This document shows positions 47,079 to 56,628 of a DNA stretch of 64,000 nucleotides, one piece after another. The notes under the pieces were generated by a model. That model saw only the letters and a program-made list of their open reading frames with translations, searched no databases and was not told the DNA's origin. Made by a program: the position numbers and the translations under genes. Numbering within the stretch: position 1 is the first letter of the stretch; every line of letters begins with the position of its first letter. Source of the stretch: Gemmatimonadaceae bacterium (GTDB lineage Bacteria; Gemmatimonadota; Gemmatimonadetes; Gemmatimonadales; Gemmatimonadaceae); the NCBI GenBank assembly GCA_040902005.1, contig JBBDYA010000085.1:1-64000 (forward strand), in the 5' to 3' direction.

Positions 47079-48209
47079 TCAGCGAAAGCGCGACAGCGAG
47101 AAGGGAGCGATGTCGATCCAGCAGCGTCCGTCCAGGGCCAGCTGCGCGGCGATCTCACCGATCGCGCTCGCGAACTTGAAGCCGTGGCCGGAGCACGGGC
47201 TGAGAACCAGCACCCGTCCGCCGGCAATCCAGTCGATGATGAAGTGGTGATCGGGCGTATTGGTGTAGAGGCACACGCGGGACTCGCGCAAGCGTCCGCC
47301 GGCCCCGGGCATGACGCGCTCCAGCAGCCGACGCGCTGCTTCATTTTCGGCGTCGGACACCTGGCGATCCACGCGCGCGGGATGGGTGGCGAGGCCGTCG
47401 TGGTGCATTCCGCATTTCACGCCGTGCCCCTCGTCGGGCAACGTGGCAAAGAGGTCCCCGCCGTCGCCGGTCTCCCACAGTGCGATGGGACACCGGCTCG
47501 CGTCGAATCTGTCGGCGCGAGGCACTGGCTCGAACCAGTGGGAACGCTGCCGCTCGATCTCCAGCGGCAGTGCGATGCCCAGCGAGTCCACCAGGTCGGG
47601 GAGCCACGGACCGGCGGCAAGGACGAGCCGGTCCACCTCATATGAACCGCGGTCGGTGTTGACGGCCACGCGAGTGCCGCTCGTCCGCCAGCCAAGGACG
47701 CGCTCGCCAGGGTGGAGTTCGGCGCCGCCTTCAGCCGCGGCGCCAAGCATCGCCTCGACGCAGCGCTCGGGAAAGAGCATCCCCGCGCGGTGCTCATGCA
47801 GGGCAACCCACTCGATGTTTGGCGCGTACGCGGGAAACCGTTCGGCAAGCTCAGCGGCGTCGAGCATGTCATGCGCGATGCCGTGGGCTTCGGCGCTCGC
47901 GCGCGCGCCCCTCACCAGCGGCCCGTGTTCCGGTCCAACCATGAGCCCGCCCGTGGGCAGGAGCAGCTCGACGCCCCACGATCGCTGGAGTTCCGACCAG
48001 AGCTCGTACGCGCGGCGAACGAGTGGCACATAGAGGGGATGCTCGTAGTACGCCTCCCGAATGATGCGGGTATATCCGTGGGTTGAGCCCTGGGTGTGGG
48101 GGGGGTGGAGCTGATCGAAGGCCACGACGCGAGCCCCGCGGCGCGCCAGCGCGCTGGTGGCGGCGCTGCCCATGGCCCCCAGGCCTACGACCGCGATGTC
48201 GAAATCCAT
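47079..48209 (-). CDS. solA: N-methyl-L-tryptophan oxidase / monomeric sarcosine oxidase family
   Basis: VVGLGAMGS, GSTHGYTRIIR, CLYTNTPD (FAD-linked Cys), CSGHGFKF. Confidence 0.9.
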   Translation of the reverse strand: MDFDIAVVGLGAMGSAATSALARRGARVVAFDQLHPPHTQGSTHGYTRIIREAYYEHPLYVPLVRRAYELWSELQRSWGVELLLPTGGLMVGPEHGPLVRGARASAEAHGIAHDMLDAAELAERFPAYAPNIEWVALHEHRAGMLFPERCVEAMLGAAAEGGAELHPGERVLGWRTSGTRVAVNTDRGSYEVDRLVLAAGPWLPDLVDSLGIALPLEIERQRSHWFEPVPRADRFDASRCPIALWETGDGGDLFATLPDEGHGVKCGMHHDGLATHPARVDRQVSDAENEAARRLLERVMPGAGGRLRESRVCLYTNTPDHHFIIDWIAGGRVLVLSPCSGHGFKFASAIGEIAAQLALDGRCWIDIAPFSLSRFR

Positions 48210-48393
48210 GGATGTGATATGGGTCTCTTCACTCCGCTTGTCGGCTACCCGCACTTCGGAGCGGCCGCGGCCCTGAGTTTGCTTGAGAGGCGCGGTGCCA
48301 GCTTGGCGTTGTTGGGGCTCGTCTCAGGCGGCCGACCGAGACGAACCCGACAGCACCACCGTGGAAGGGCAGGACGACGGCGTCCCGCAACCA

Positions 48394-48408
48394 CGGCACG
48401 CAGGATGC
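48394..48408 (+). promoter_or_regulatory. Putative sigma-54 -24/-12 promoter
   Basis: CGGCACGCAGGATGC (GG-N10-GC) about 68 nt upstream of ATG 48476. Confidence 0.6.
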
Positions 48409-48475
48409 TAAAGGCGTGATGGCAATACCGCGACACAACGTCGCGGCGTGCAACGCACCAGGAGGAGAATTTAGT

Positions 48476-49291
48476 ATGCGCGTTCTTAACATCACCACCT
48501 GCGCGCTGGGCCTCGCCGCGGCGCTTACGCTTGGATCAAGCGAATTGGCGGCGCAGCAGCAGGACACGTCCCGGCTTCGCACCACGTCGGAAACCCGCAT
48601 CAACGTCTCGAAGGGAGAGGTCATCTCGGCGCGCATTGATACGGTGTACATCACCCGCTACGACACGATTCGCGTGAGCAACACGATCGTGCGCGTGGAC
48701 ACTGTCACGGTCATGCAGATGCAGCCGGTTCCGATGCCGACCATCAAGGGCCCGATGTACTGGGGCGCTTTCGCCGGCACGACCTGGCCCTACGGGAACA
48801 TCGATCGTGTGTACACCAACGGCTTCCATGCCGGTGGCGTGCTTGGTTGGGAGTCGCAGCAGAGCCTGCTCGGCTTCCGGCTTGACGGCGCCATGAGCCA
48901 GCTGGGCAAGGAGCAGGGCGGGTGGAGCACCCTGGAGCAGGGAAGCGGCACGTCGTTGATGCTGCACCTGGCCGCTGACCTCAAGGTCAAGCCGCTGAAT
49001 TTCGGTGGCTGGTCCCTGTACGGCATCGGTGGGCTGAACTACAACCGCTACAAGAGAATCGCGGTTGCTTCGAAAGTGGGCAACAACTGCGACTTCCAGG
49101 TTCGCGGCGCCTGCTTCGAGAATGCCAACAACGAGCAGTGGAGTGACAAGTTCGGCTTCAACTTCGGTGCTGGCCTGGACTGGCACATCGGCAGCCAGGA
49201 CATGTTCCTCGAGGCTCGCTACTTCGCGATCCCGACGAACGGTGCCCGGTCGTGGACGCTCCCGATTTCGCTTGGCGTGCGGTACTTCTAA
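48476..49291 (+). CDS. Outer-membrane beta-barrel protein (OmpA/OmpW-like, small)
   Basis: AGGAGG SD, signal peptide, alternating beta-strand pattern, C-terminal LGVRYF. Confidence 0.82.
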   Translation: MRVLNITTCALGLAAALTLGSSELAAQQQDTSRLRTTSETRINVSKGEVISARIDTVYITRYDTIRVSNTIVRVDTVTVMQMQPVPMPTIKGPMYWGAFAGTTWPYGNIDRVYTNGFHAGGVLGWESQQSLLGFRLDGAMSQLGKEQGGWSTLEQGSGTSLMLHLAADLKVKPLNFGGWSLYGIGGLNYNRYKRIAVASKVGNNCDFQVRGACFENANNEQWSDKFGFNFGAGLDWHIGSQDMFLEARYFAIPTNGARSWTLPISLGVRYF

Positions 49292-49320
49292 GCGAACCAG
49301 CAAGTAGTACAAGGCAGTTC

Positions 49321-49360
49321 CGCTCGCCGTCCGGGTTAACCGGGCGGCGAGCGTGTTTTC
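49321..49360 (+). terminator. Intrinsic terminator
   Basis: CGCTCGCCGTCCGG...CCGGGCGGCGAGCG hairpin followed by TGTTTT. Confidence 0.75.
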
Positions 49361-49459
49361 TGCATCACCTTCGCGATTTCCCGGTCCAGTCCGGTTTGCG
49401 GCGCGGAACTTGAACAGTCTATAGGGTTCAGAGGGCCAACCAGGAAGGGTGCAGCAACC

Positions 49460-50356
49460 ATGGCTGAATTTGTCGCAGAAGTAAGTTGGAAACGGTTCCT
49501 CGCCGTGATCGGCGCCGCGATCGCCGCTCTGATGTCACTCCCCGGAATGGTGCTGGCGCAGGCGCAGAAGCTCAGTGGTGAATGGCTGCAGCTCACGCCG
49601 TCCGATCCCAAGGCGGGCATTCCCCGTGACGTGCGCGATGGCGTCGTCACGCCGAGCGCGAACGAGACGACGGTGTCGATCGAGCGACGGACACGGTACC
49701 GGTCGCGCGCGGACAGCGTCGCCGGCACCATGGCGTACCGTGCCTCGAAGTCGTCGCGCGATCTCCGGATCGTGATCTCGCTCGAGGACCGGAAACTGTT
49801 TGTCATTGCAGACACGGACACGGTGCTCGAGACGGACGTCGCCATCGGGAGCGGCGAGCGCCTGGTCTTCGGCGAGCGCGCCTGGCAGTTCGACACCCCT
49901 CGCGGCATTCGCACCGTGCGCGGCAAGGACGAGGATCCGAAGTGGACGCCGCCCGACTGGCACTACGTCGAGACCGCGAAGGAGTTCGGACTCAACCTCG
50001 TGCACCTGTCGATGACCAAGCCGCATCCGATCAGCGGTGGCCGCAAGCTCATGTTCCAGGACGGCGAAGCGGGCGTGATGCATCCGGACTCCGGCTTCAT
50101 GTTCCTGCCGCTGGACGAGGAGATCGTGTTTGACGGCACGCTGTTCGCTCCTCCGATCGCCTCGAAGAACCGGAAGATCCAGGGCGCGCTTGGCAAGTAC
50201 AAGCTCGATACCGGCGCCGGCATTCTGCTGCACGGTACGCCGGATCAGGAATCGGTGGGCCAGGCAGCAACGCACGGATGCATGCGCCTGCGCGATCAGG
50301 ACATCGAGTGGATCTACCACTACGTGCCGATCGGGACGAAGGTCTACATCTACTGA
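49460..50356 (+). CDS. L,D-transpeptidase (YkuD domain)
   Basis: PKWTPP, ILLHGT...ATHGCMRL, VPIGTKVYIY. Confidence 0.9.
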   Translation: MAEFVAEVSWKRFLAVIGAAIAALMSLPGMVLAQAQKLSGEWLQLTPSDPKAGIPRDVRDGVVTPSANETTVSIERRTRYRSRADSVAGTMAYRASKSSRDLRIVISLEDRKLFVIADTDTVLETDVAIGSGERLVFGERAWQFDTPRGIRTVRGKDEDPKWTPPDWHYVETAKEFGLNLVHLSMTKPHPISGGRKLMFQDGEAGVMHPDSGFMFLPLDEEIVFDGTLFAPPIASKNRKIQGALGKYKLDTGAGILLHGTPDQESVGQAATHGCMRLRDQDIEWIYHYVPIGTKVYIY

Positions 50357-50796
50357 GCAGTCGCGGGTGTGACCATCATGGTCGCCTGCATCGCGGACAC
50401 CAGTTTCTTTCCGCCTGCCGAGAGCGTAAAGACGTCCGCACGGCACACCATGATCGTCCGCCCGGCCCGGATCACCTCGGCGCTCGCGACGAGCGCATCG
50501 CCGGTCGCGGGGGCGAGCATGTTCAGCTTGAACTCGATCGACAGCACGTCCGCGCCTGGCGGCATGAGGGACAGCGCGGCATAGCCGCACGCGCTGTCGG
50601 CCAGGGCCGCGATCGCGCCGGCATGCACGAAGCCGTTCTGCTGCGTGAGGTCGTCCCGCACCGGCATGCGCAACACGACCCGCCCCGGCGTCACCTCCTC
50701 CACCACCGCGCCGATCGTCGCCATCAGCGGCTGGCGCGCGAAACTCGCGCGAACCCGCGCCGCGAAATCCGGATCCGGACTGGCGGTACTCGTCAT
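50350..50796 (-). CDS. PaaI family thioesterase
   Basis: TQQNGFVHAGAIAALADSACG, SIEFKLNMLAPA. Confidence 0.92.
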   Translation of the reverse strand: MTSTASPDPDFAARVRASFARQPLMATIGAVVEEVTPGRVVLRMPVRDDLTQQNGFVHAGAIAALADSACGYAALSLMPPGADVLSIEFKLNMLAPATGDALVASAEVIRAGRTIMVCRADVFTLSAGGKKLVSAMQATMMVTPATAQ

Positions 50797-51707
50797 GGTC
50801 GGTGGGAAAGTAATGGCGCCAGCAGGTGCGCGCGTCCGGTGAGCGTGACGTCGATCGGCGTCATGATCACCGGCTCGCCGTCGAGATGCGCTTCGACGGC
50901 CCGCCCCAGGGCGTCCACTCGCAGCCGCCGCATACGTACGTGACGGACGAACGGAAGCGTCAGATGCGGCGTGCCCGGCAGGAGGATGGATATCCAGAAG
51001 CGCGTGAGCTGGCCGAAATTCCGATACGTGAGCAACAGGACGTCGAGCAGGTCGTCGCTGGGATCAGCTGAGGGCACGACGATCCGCGGCCCCGCCCAGC
51101 GCCTGGCGTTCGCCACCATCACCGACGTCGCCACCGCATCGAGGGCGGAGCCGTCGTCACGCTCTCCCGTGACTCGCACCTCGGGATAGTCGAACATCAC
51201 GCCCTGCCGCAACGCGCTGGCCATCACGCCCACGAATCCGAGCGCGCGCTTCACGCGCCTCGGTGTGCGCCACATGAGCAGCCCGTCAAAGCCGATGCCC
51301 AGTTGCAACAGCATCTGCCGGCCGTTGACGTTCCACGTGCGGAACGGTACCGGGCGCATTGCGCCGGCAAGCAATCGCGCGGCACTCGCGGGACTCGCGG
51401 GAAGGCCGAGCTCGGACGCGAGCACGTTCGAGGTGCCGGTCGGCACGATCGCGATGGGCACCGCGCGGCCGGCGGCGGCGACCGCCGCCGCGCACGCCGC
51501 CACCGTGCCGTCCCCGCCGCACGCCACGACCTGCGCCGTCTCCGGGAACGCGGCCAGGGCGCGCGTCACCGGGCCGCTCATGTCCAGCGCCTCCGTGCGC
51601 ACCAGCACGTGCGGACCGGGCAAGGCGCGCAGCACGCGCAGCGCCGCCTGAAGCCGCCAGGTCCAGATGGCCGCGCCGCCGCGAGGATTGTAGACGATGA
51701 TACGCAC
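50793..51707 (-). CDS. Diacylglycerol/lipid kinase family (YegS/DgkB-like)
   Basis: YNPRGG, CGGDGT, PTGTSN, GIGFD, LDGE. Confidence 0.88.
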   Translation of the reverse strand: MRIIVYNPRGGAAIWTWRLQAALRVLRALPGPHVLVRTEALDMSGPVTRALAAFPETAQVVACGGDGTVAACAAAVAAAGRAVPIAIVPTGTSNVLASELGLPASPASAARLLAGAMRPVPFRTWNVNGRQMLLQLGIGFDGLLMWRTPRRVKRALGFVGVMASALRQGVMFDYPEVRVTGERDDGSALDAVATSVMVANARRWAGPRIVVPSADPSDDLLDVLLLTYRNFGQLTRFWISILLPGTPHLTLPFVRHVRMRRLRVDALGRAVEAHLDGEPVIMTPIDVTLTGRAHLLAPLLSHRP

Positions 51708-51712
51708 GGCGA

Positions 51713-52594
51713 TCAGCCGGCGACGGGCACGAGCCGGCAGACGTGCACCTGGGGATCCGCGTGCCGCCGCGCCGGCAAGGTGCTGGTGCCGATGCCGCGG
51801 CTCACCAGCAGCGGCACGTTTCGCTCCCCGATGCGAAAACTTCCGGCGCGTGAGTACCGCTTGCTGATCGGTCCCCGATGGCTGATTGCGGATCGGCCCT
51901 CGCGCGTGAGGAACTGTCCGCCGTGCACGTGTCCGCAGAAGGCGATATCGAACCGCTCGTCACCGACCACCAGGAGTCCGTCCGGCTGATGCATCAGCAA
52001 GAGCCGCGTTCCATCCGCGCCGCGAAAGGTCGGCTCGCGCTGGGGGTCGCCCTCGTCCCAGTCGTCCAATCCGCACACCCAGACGTCGTCGTGCGGTTGG
52101 GCAAGCCGGGCGTTGGCGTTCACCAGCGTCGTGACGCCGGCCGCCGCGAGTCGGTCCGTGATGTAGCCGTCGTCGGCGAGCAGATCGTGATTGCCAAGCA
52201 CCGCGAACTTTCCCATCGGGGGGTGCAGCGCCCGCAGTGGTTCGACCAGCTGATCCACGTAGCGGGCGTGGAACGAGACGAAGTCCCCGCCAAGCAGCAG
52301 CACGTCCGCGCGGGCCTCGGCGATCGCCATGAACACGCCGTCCCGCAGCCGGGGGTGCAGTGTGGGACCCAGGTGCAGGTCGGAAACGAAAACGGCGCGC
52401 AGCGCCGGCGCGTTCGGGCTCGCGCGACCGATGAAGAATTCATGCTCCTCCACGCGGAGCGTGCCCTGGAGCCCGACGGCCCGCGTGACAGCCGACGGCC
52501 AGCCGCCGGCATAGAGCAGGCCCAGCGTGGCGTCCACCGCCTTCTTCCGGAAACCGGCGCGTCGCGCTCGGCCCCACCAGCGAGCGTTGTGCAT
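51713..52594 (-). CDS. Calcineurin-like metallophosphoesterase (YkuE/YaeI-like)
   Basis: SDLH, GGDF, GNHD, GHVHGGQ, SRGIG; ATG 7 nt after TAGCTT. Confidence 0.9.
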   Translation of the reverse strand: MHNARWWGRARRAGFRKKAVDATLGLLYAGGWPSAVTRAVGLQGTLRVEEHEFFIGRASPNAPALRAVFVSDLHLGPTLHPRLRDGVFMAIAEARADVLLLGGDFVSFHARYVDQLVEPLRALHPPMGKFAVLGNHDLLADDGYITDRLAAAGVTTLVNANARLAQPHDDVWVCGLDDWDEGDPQREPTFRGADGTRLLLMHQPDGLLVVGDERFDIAFCGHVHGGQFLTREGRSAISHRGPISKRYSRAGSFRIGERNVPLLVSRGIGTSTLPARRHADPQVHVCRLVPVAG

Positions 52595-52617
52595 CGGCCC
52601 CAAGCTAACCGGTGCGC

Positions 52618-53904
52618 TTACGCGAGCACGCCCATCTCCGCCCGGTCGCCGGCATACGCCCAAACGCGCACGCGATCGCGGCCCGCGCGCTTGGCGGAAT
52701 AGAGCGCTTCGTCCGCCCGACCCTTCAGCACGTTGGCCCGATCGCCGCGGGCGTCTCGAAAGGAATCGTCCACGGCGACAACGCCGACGCTCATGGTAAG
52801 ACGTACGCCGTGCGCGGCGTCGCCGAAGCGGTGCGCACGCACGGACTCGCAGAGCCGCGTGGCCACGTGATGCGCACCGGCAGCCGTCGTGTCCGGCAGG
52901 ATGAACGAAAACTCCTCGCCGCCCGTGCGCGCGACGACGTCGCCCGCACGCCCCGCGCGCAACAGCAGACCGCCCACCTCGCGAAGGACGGCGTCGCCGG
53001 CGAGATGGCCGAGCGTGTCATTCACCGCCTTGAAGTGATCCAGATCGACGGCGAGCATCGCCAACTCGCTCCCGGTGCGGCCGGCGCGCGCCACCTCGCG
53101 CGCGAGCGCCTGGTCGAATCCGCGGCGGTTCACGCACCCGGTGAGCGGATCGGTGAGCACCATGTTCGCCAGCTGTCCACGGACGCGATTGTACGCGCGC
53201 CCCACCCGGGTGATGGCGTCCGGCCGTGAATCGCCCTCCTCGTCATATGCCTCCGAGAAGTCGCCCTGTTCGGCACGGCTGAAGAGATGCACGATCTTCG
53301 CAAGGCGGTTGCGCAGACTGCCATGCTCCACCAGCACGATCGTGGCCGCGAGCAGGAATGCCCCGAGCGACCAGAGTTCCTCACGCCACAGCAGCTCGGC
53401 GCCACGGCTGATGCCATGGCTCACGAGCGCCAGGTACCCGAACGCGGTGAGCACGAGGACAGTGACCGCATGCCGGCGCCCGAAATAGAAGGTGGTGAGG
53501 TGCAGCGCGAAGAACGCGAGAATGAGAATGCGATCGTAGTACTGCGGCGCGGAGTTGGCGATCGTCAGGGCGAAGATGAACGCGACGTCGGCACTCACGG
53601 TGCCCGTCACGGCAAATCCCCGAACCACAGAGTGTCGGCGGGACATGCCGGCGATCGCCGCGACGATCGCCACGTACGCGCTGGTGACGAGCACGATGGC
53701 GGGAATGACGGGAAAGACCGCAGCGACCGCAGCGGCGTCGCGCGGCTCGGCGACCAGCAACACGTGCGCCATCGCCGCGATGCACGCGACGGTAATCCGA
53801 ATGCGGCTCTGCCAGATCAGGGTTTCGACATGGGCCGTTGGCCCGGCCGCAAATTCTTTCGTCACGGTGTGTGGGGTTCCGCCAGCCGTCATCGGCTGGT
53901 CCAT
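52618..53904 (-). CDS. Membrane-bound diguanylate cyclase (TM region, HAMP-like linker, GGEEF)
   Basis: TDPLTG..NRR, DLDHFKAVND, RAGD (I-site RxxD), GGEEF. Confidence 0.92.
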   Translation of the reverse strand: MDQPMTAGGTPHTVTKEFAAGPTAHVETLIWQSRIRITVACIAAMAHVLLVAEPRDAAAVAAVFPVIPAIVLVTSAYVAIVAAIAGMSRRHSVVRGFAVTGTVSADVAFIFALTIANSAPQYYDRILILAFFALHLTTFYFGRRHAVTVLVLTAFGYLALVSHGISRGAELLWREELWSLGAFLLAATIVLVEHGSLRNRLAKIVHLFSRAEQGDFSEAYDEEGDSRPDAITRVGRAYNRVRGQLANMVLTDPLTGCVNRRGFDQALAREVARAGRTGSELAMLAVDLDHFKAVNDTLGHLAGDAVLREVGGLLLRAGRAGDVVARTGGEEFSFILPDTTAAGAHHVATRLCESVRAHRFGDAAHGVRLTMSVGVVAVDDSFRDARGDRANVLKGRADEALYSAKRAGRDRVRVWAYAGDRAEMGVLA

Positions 53905-53946
53905 GTCGAAGCGATGAGCACCGGCGCCCCGACATGCCCCATAAAG

Positions 53947-53961
53947 GCCATCCCCGTGCCA
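53947..53961 (-). promoter_or_regulatory. Putative sigma-54 -24/-12 promoter
   Basis: TGGCACGGGGATGGC (GG-N10-GC) about 43 nt upstream of ATG 53904. Confidence 0.6.
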
Positions 53962-54105
53962 GTTCAGGCCGCAGGGCGCAACCTGTTATAAGACATGGTG
54001 TTACGCGACTCTTCGGTGAGTGTGCAGGTGCGGTTGGTACCGCGTTACGACCGACTCACTGCGAACTGCGAGTCCGCCCGTTGTGACGCGGCACACAGGT
54101 CGACG

Positions 54106-56487
54106 CTAGAATCGCGCGTCCACGTACAGGTCGATTCTCACACCAGTGCCCGGGTAGACCCCGCGCGAAACGTCCAGGCGCAGCAGGCCGTCGAGCACGG
54201 AGGCACCGACACCGGCCCCGCTCATCGGACGGCCGGCGTCGCGCCAGGCGTCCCGCTCGCCCGCCCAGCCGATGTCTCCGAACAGGACGGGCCGCACCGC
54301 GCGCACCGGGCCGCCAACCTCCACTCGGCCAAGCCAGAGGGCGTTGCCTGACTGTGATGTGTCCGGACGCTGGCCGCGCACCGTGTGCGCGCCGCCCAGG
54401 TACCAGCGGCGCTGCATCGGGACCACGCCGGCAGACGCGCCACCCGCGACCGTCACGGCCGCGGCGATTCTCCCCACACCCTGGGTCACGGTGAGGTCCA
54501 CGGCACCGCGCCCGAAAGGGGATCCCGCCGAATCGGACACCGCTCCCTCGAGACGCAGATCCGTGAACACGCGAAAGCCATTGGGATCGAGCCCCCTCGC
54601 GTGACGCACACGGGTCGCGAAGCCAGCATACGCGCCGGCACGCGCGCCGATATTCGCGATGAATGGCGCGCCGAAGGAGAACTCGTTGTCCACGGCCGCG
54701 GTTCGCTGACGCTCGGCGAACGCGCGCGTACTCCACAGCGCGCCCCCCCTCCCTTCCCGGAGCCACTCGATTTCGGCACCGCTTGCGCGATAGTAGAAGC
54801 CTTCGTCCCGCCCGAAGAGCAGCGCCGAGAGCGAGCTACCAACGCTCAGGGGATTCCCCCAGTCGTTTGCCGACACGAGGCGGTTGTAGGCGCGCCCGCT
54901 CACGGTGGTGGTGAGATTGGTGCGGGCGAGCGTGAGCTCCGCGTTCGGCTCCAGGTCCGCGTGGCCCAGGCGCGCGAGCAGCGATGCCGTGTATCCGGCA
55001 CCCAGCCTCTGCTCGATCAGCGCGCCAGCGGAGAATCCCTCCACGCGGTTGAAGCGCGTGAACTCCAGTCCCCACTTGAGTGTGGGCGGAATGGCGCCGA
55101 GCGCGAATGGCGGCTGCGCGCCCATGGCGAGCGCTTCCTTGACGAGCGCGTCGCGGTCCGCAGAACTGAAGATTTCCTCGCCCTCGTCATAGATGGACTT
55201 CGGCAGGTCCGGCGAATTGGCCAGCACGCGCGCATCGCAGGGCACCACCACGGCCACGCGCAGGTTCGAACCGGACGCCACGCGAGTGTGTGTCCGCATC
55301 CCCAGGCTATCGCAGGGCGTGCGGCGTTCTCGGAGCCCCCGCTCGACGGAATCCGCCACCGCGCGCCGCTGATGGCGGCGCTCCGCCAGCACGGAGTCGC
55401 GCCATTGCTCGCGCTCATCGAAGGTGAGTGAATCCGGAGGCGCAACCACCGGCGGTCCCATGATCTCGGGCAGCGACTCGATCGTGTTCACTGAGGCATA
55501 CTGGAATCGTTGCTCGAACCTGGCTGGCGCGCGCGCGAAGCTGATCTGCAGCTCGGCCTCCGCGGACCGCATCCGCGGCAACCAGAAGCGTCCCTCGTGC
55601 AGGCCATACTCCACGGCGATCGCGCGCACCTGCATGCGCATGGGAGAGATCAACGGCTTCACCCACGGCGGAATGTCCTCGTCCGCCGTGGGGTCTTCCT
55701 CCCTGACCACGGCCCAGATGTCCATCGGCACCGCGAGCCGAAAGGCCGCTCGCACCAACTGGCCGCTGCTCGCCTCGAACCAGAGCGTCCCCACCGCCAC
55801 ATTCCACCTGGACTCGCGCGGCCGGACCTCCAGCGCGCGCAATTGAATCGTGCGGCCCTCCGGAAGGCGAAAGCCGACGGAGTCTCCCGCGGCATACGTG
55901 TAATAGGCCTCAGCCCCTTCGGCCAGCGGATGGATGATTTCCCGCTCGTTCACCTGGCGCGCCGCCGCGTAGCCGCCGAAAAACGTCAGCAGTGGCTCCT
56001 GTCCGGGATAGTACGGAACAGGTGTGAAGTCCGAGTCGAGACTCGATCGCTCGGTGCTTTCCGGGTCCGGGTCGATCGGAATGACGGTGCGCGCGCCTTT
56101 CACGTCGATCCACGCCCCCGCGTCGCGATGCCAGCGCACGCGCGTGGTGTTCTCGTGGCGGAAGATCAGGCGGTCGCGTCCGATCCTGGAGAAGCCAAGG
56201 CCCGCGGAGATCCGAAGATAGGTCGTCGCGTCGTAGCTCATGAGGGCGGAGTCCTGCGACAAGCGCGACGCACGCGCGCGCATCAGCAATGTACGGGCTG
56301 CTGGCGACCCGAAGGCCGTGCGCAGGTGCTCCGCCGTGACCGGAGTGCGCCGCGGCTCGCGTTCCCGATTCTGCGTCACGCTGACGATGACATGCCGGGC
56401 CGTGTCGCCGCGGTCCACGCGCCGTTGCTCTCCGGGTTTCCCCTGCATGACGAGCGCGAGAATGAATAGCGAGGGGAGCTGAACCAT
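54106..56487 (-). CDS. Large hypothetical outer-membrane protein with Omp85/ShlB-like C-terminal barrel
   Basis: RFNRVEG, LGGAHTVRG (VRG loop-like), C-terminal LYVDARF. Confidence 0.7.
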   Translation of the reverse strand: MVQLPSLFILALVMQGKPGEQRRVDRGDTARHVIVSVTQNREREPRRTPVTAEHLRTAFGSPAARTLLMRARASRLSQDSALMSYDATTYLRISAGLGFSRIGRDRLIFRHENTTRVRWHRDAGAWIDVKGARTVIPIDPDPESTERSSLDSDFTPVPYYPGQEPLLTFFGGYAAARQVNEREIIHPLAEGAEAYYTYAAGDSVGFRLPEGRTIQLRALEVRPRESRWNVAVGTLWFEASSGQLVRAAFRLAVPMDIWAVVREEDPTADEDIPPWVKPLISPMRMQVRAIAVEYGLHEGRFWLPRMRSAEAELQISFARAPARFEQRFQYASVNTIESLPEIMGPPVVAPPDSLTFDEREQWRDSVLAERRHQRRAVADSVERGLRERRTPCDSLGMRTHTRVASGSNLRVAVVVPCDARVLANSPDLPKSIYDEGEEIFSSADRDALVKEALAMGAQPPFALGAIPPTLKWGLEFTRFNRVEGFSAGALIEQRLGAGYTASLLARLGHADLEPNAELTLARTNLTTTVSGRAYNRLVSANDWGNPLSVGSSLSALLFGRDEGFYYRASGAEIEWLREGRGGALWSTRAFAERQRTAAVDNEFSFGAPFIANIGARAGAYAGFATRVRHARGLDPNGFRVFTDLRLEGAVSDSAGSPFGRGAVDLTVTQGVGRIAAAVTVAGGASAGVVPMQRRWYLGGAHTVRGQRPDTSQSGNALWLGRVEVGGPVRAVRPVLFGDIGWAGERDAWRDAGRPMSGAGVGASVLDGLLRLDVSRGVYPGTGVRIDLYVDARF

Positions 56488-56628
56488 GAAACGCGGGCAG
56501 TGGCGGGACAGGCGGGCGGGCTTCACAAGACCTACGGCGCGAGCGACGCCCGTGTTTCGCCGCAACCGCACACCGCGAACTAACTTCCATGCTCAGTAGT
56601 CGCCCGATTTCGCCCCGCATCGAGAGTC

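Noticed and set aside
48210..48360. Glycine riboswitch ahead of solA (GCAAACTCAGG on the minus strand)
   Set aside because: Lacks the GGAGA and CCGAAG core elements in the right order.
53978..54006. Chromosomal dif site
   Set aside because: Arms fit 11-7-11 rather than 11-6-11, and the match to the XerD arm is poor.
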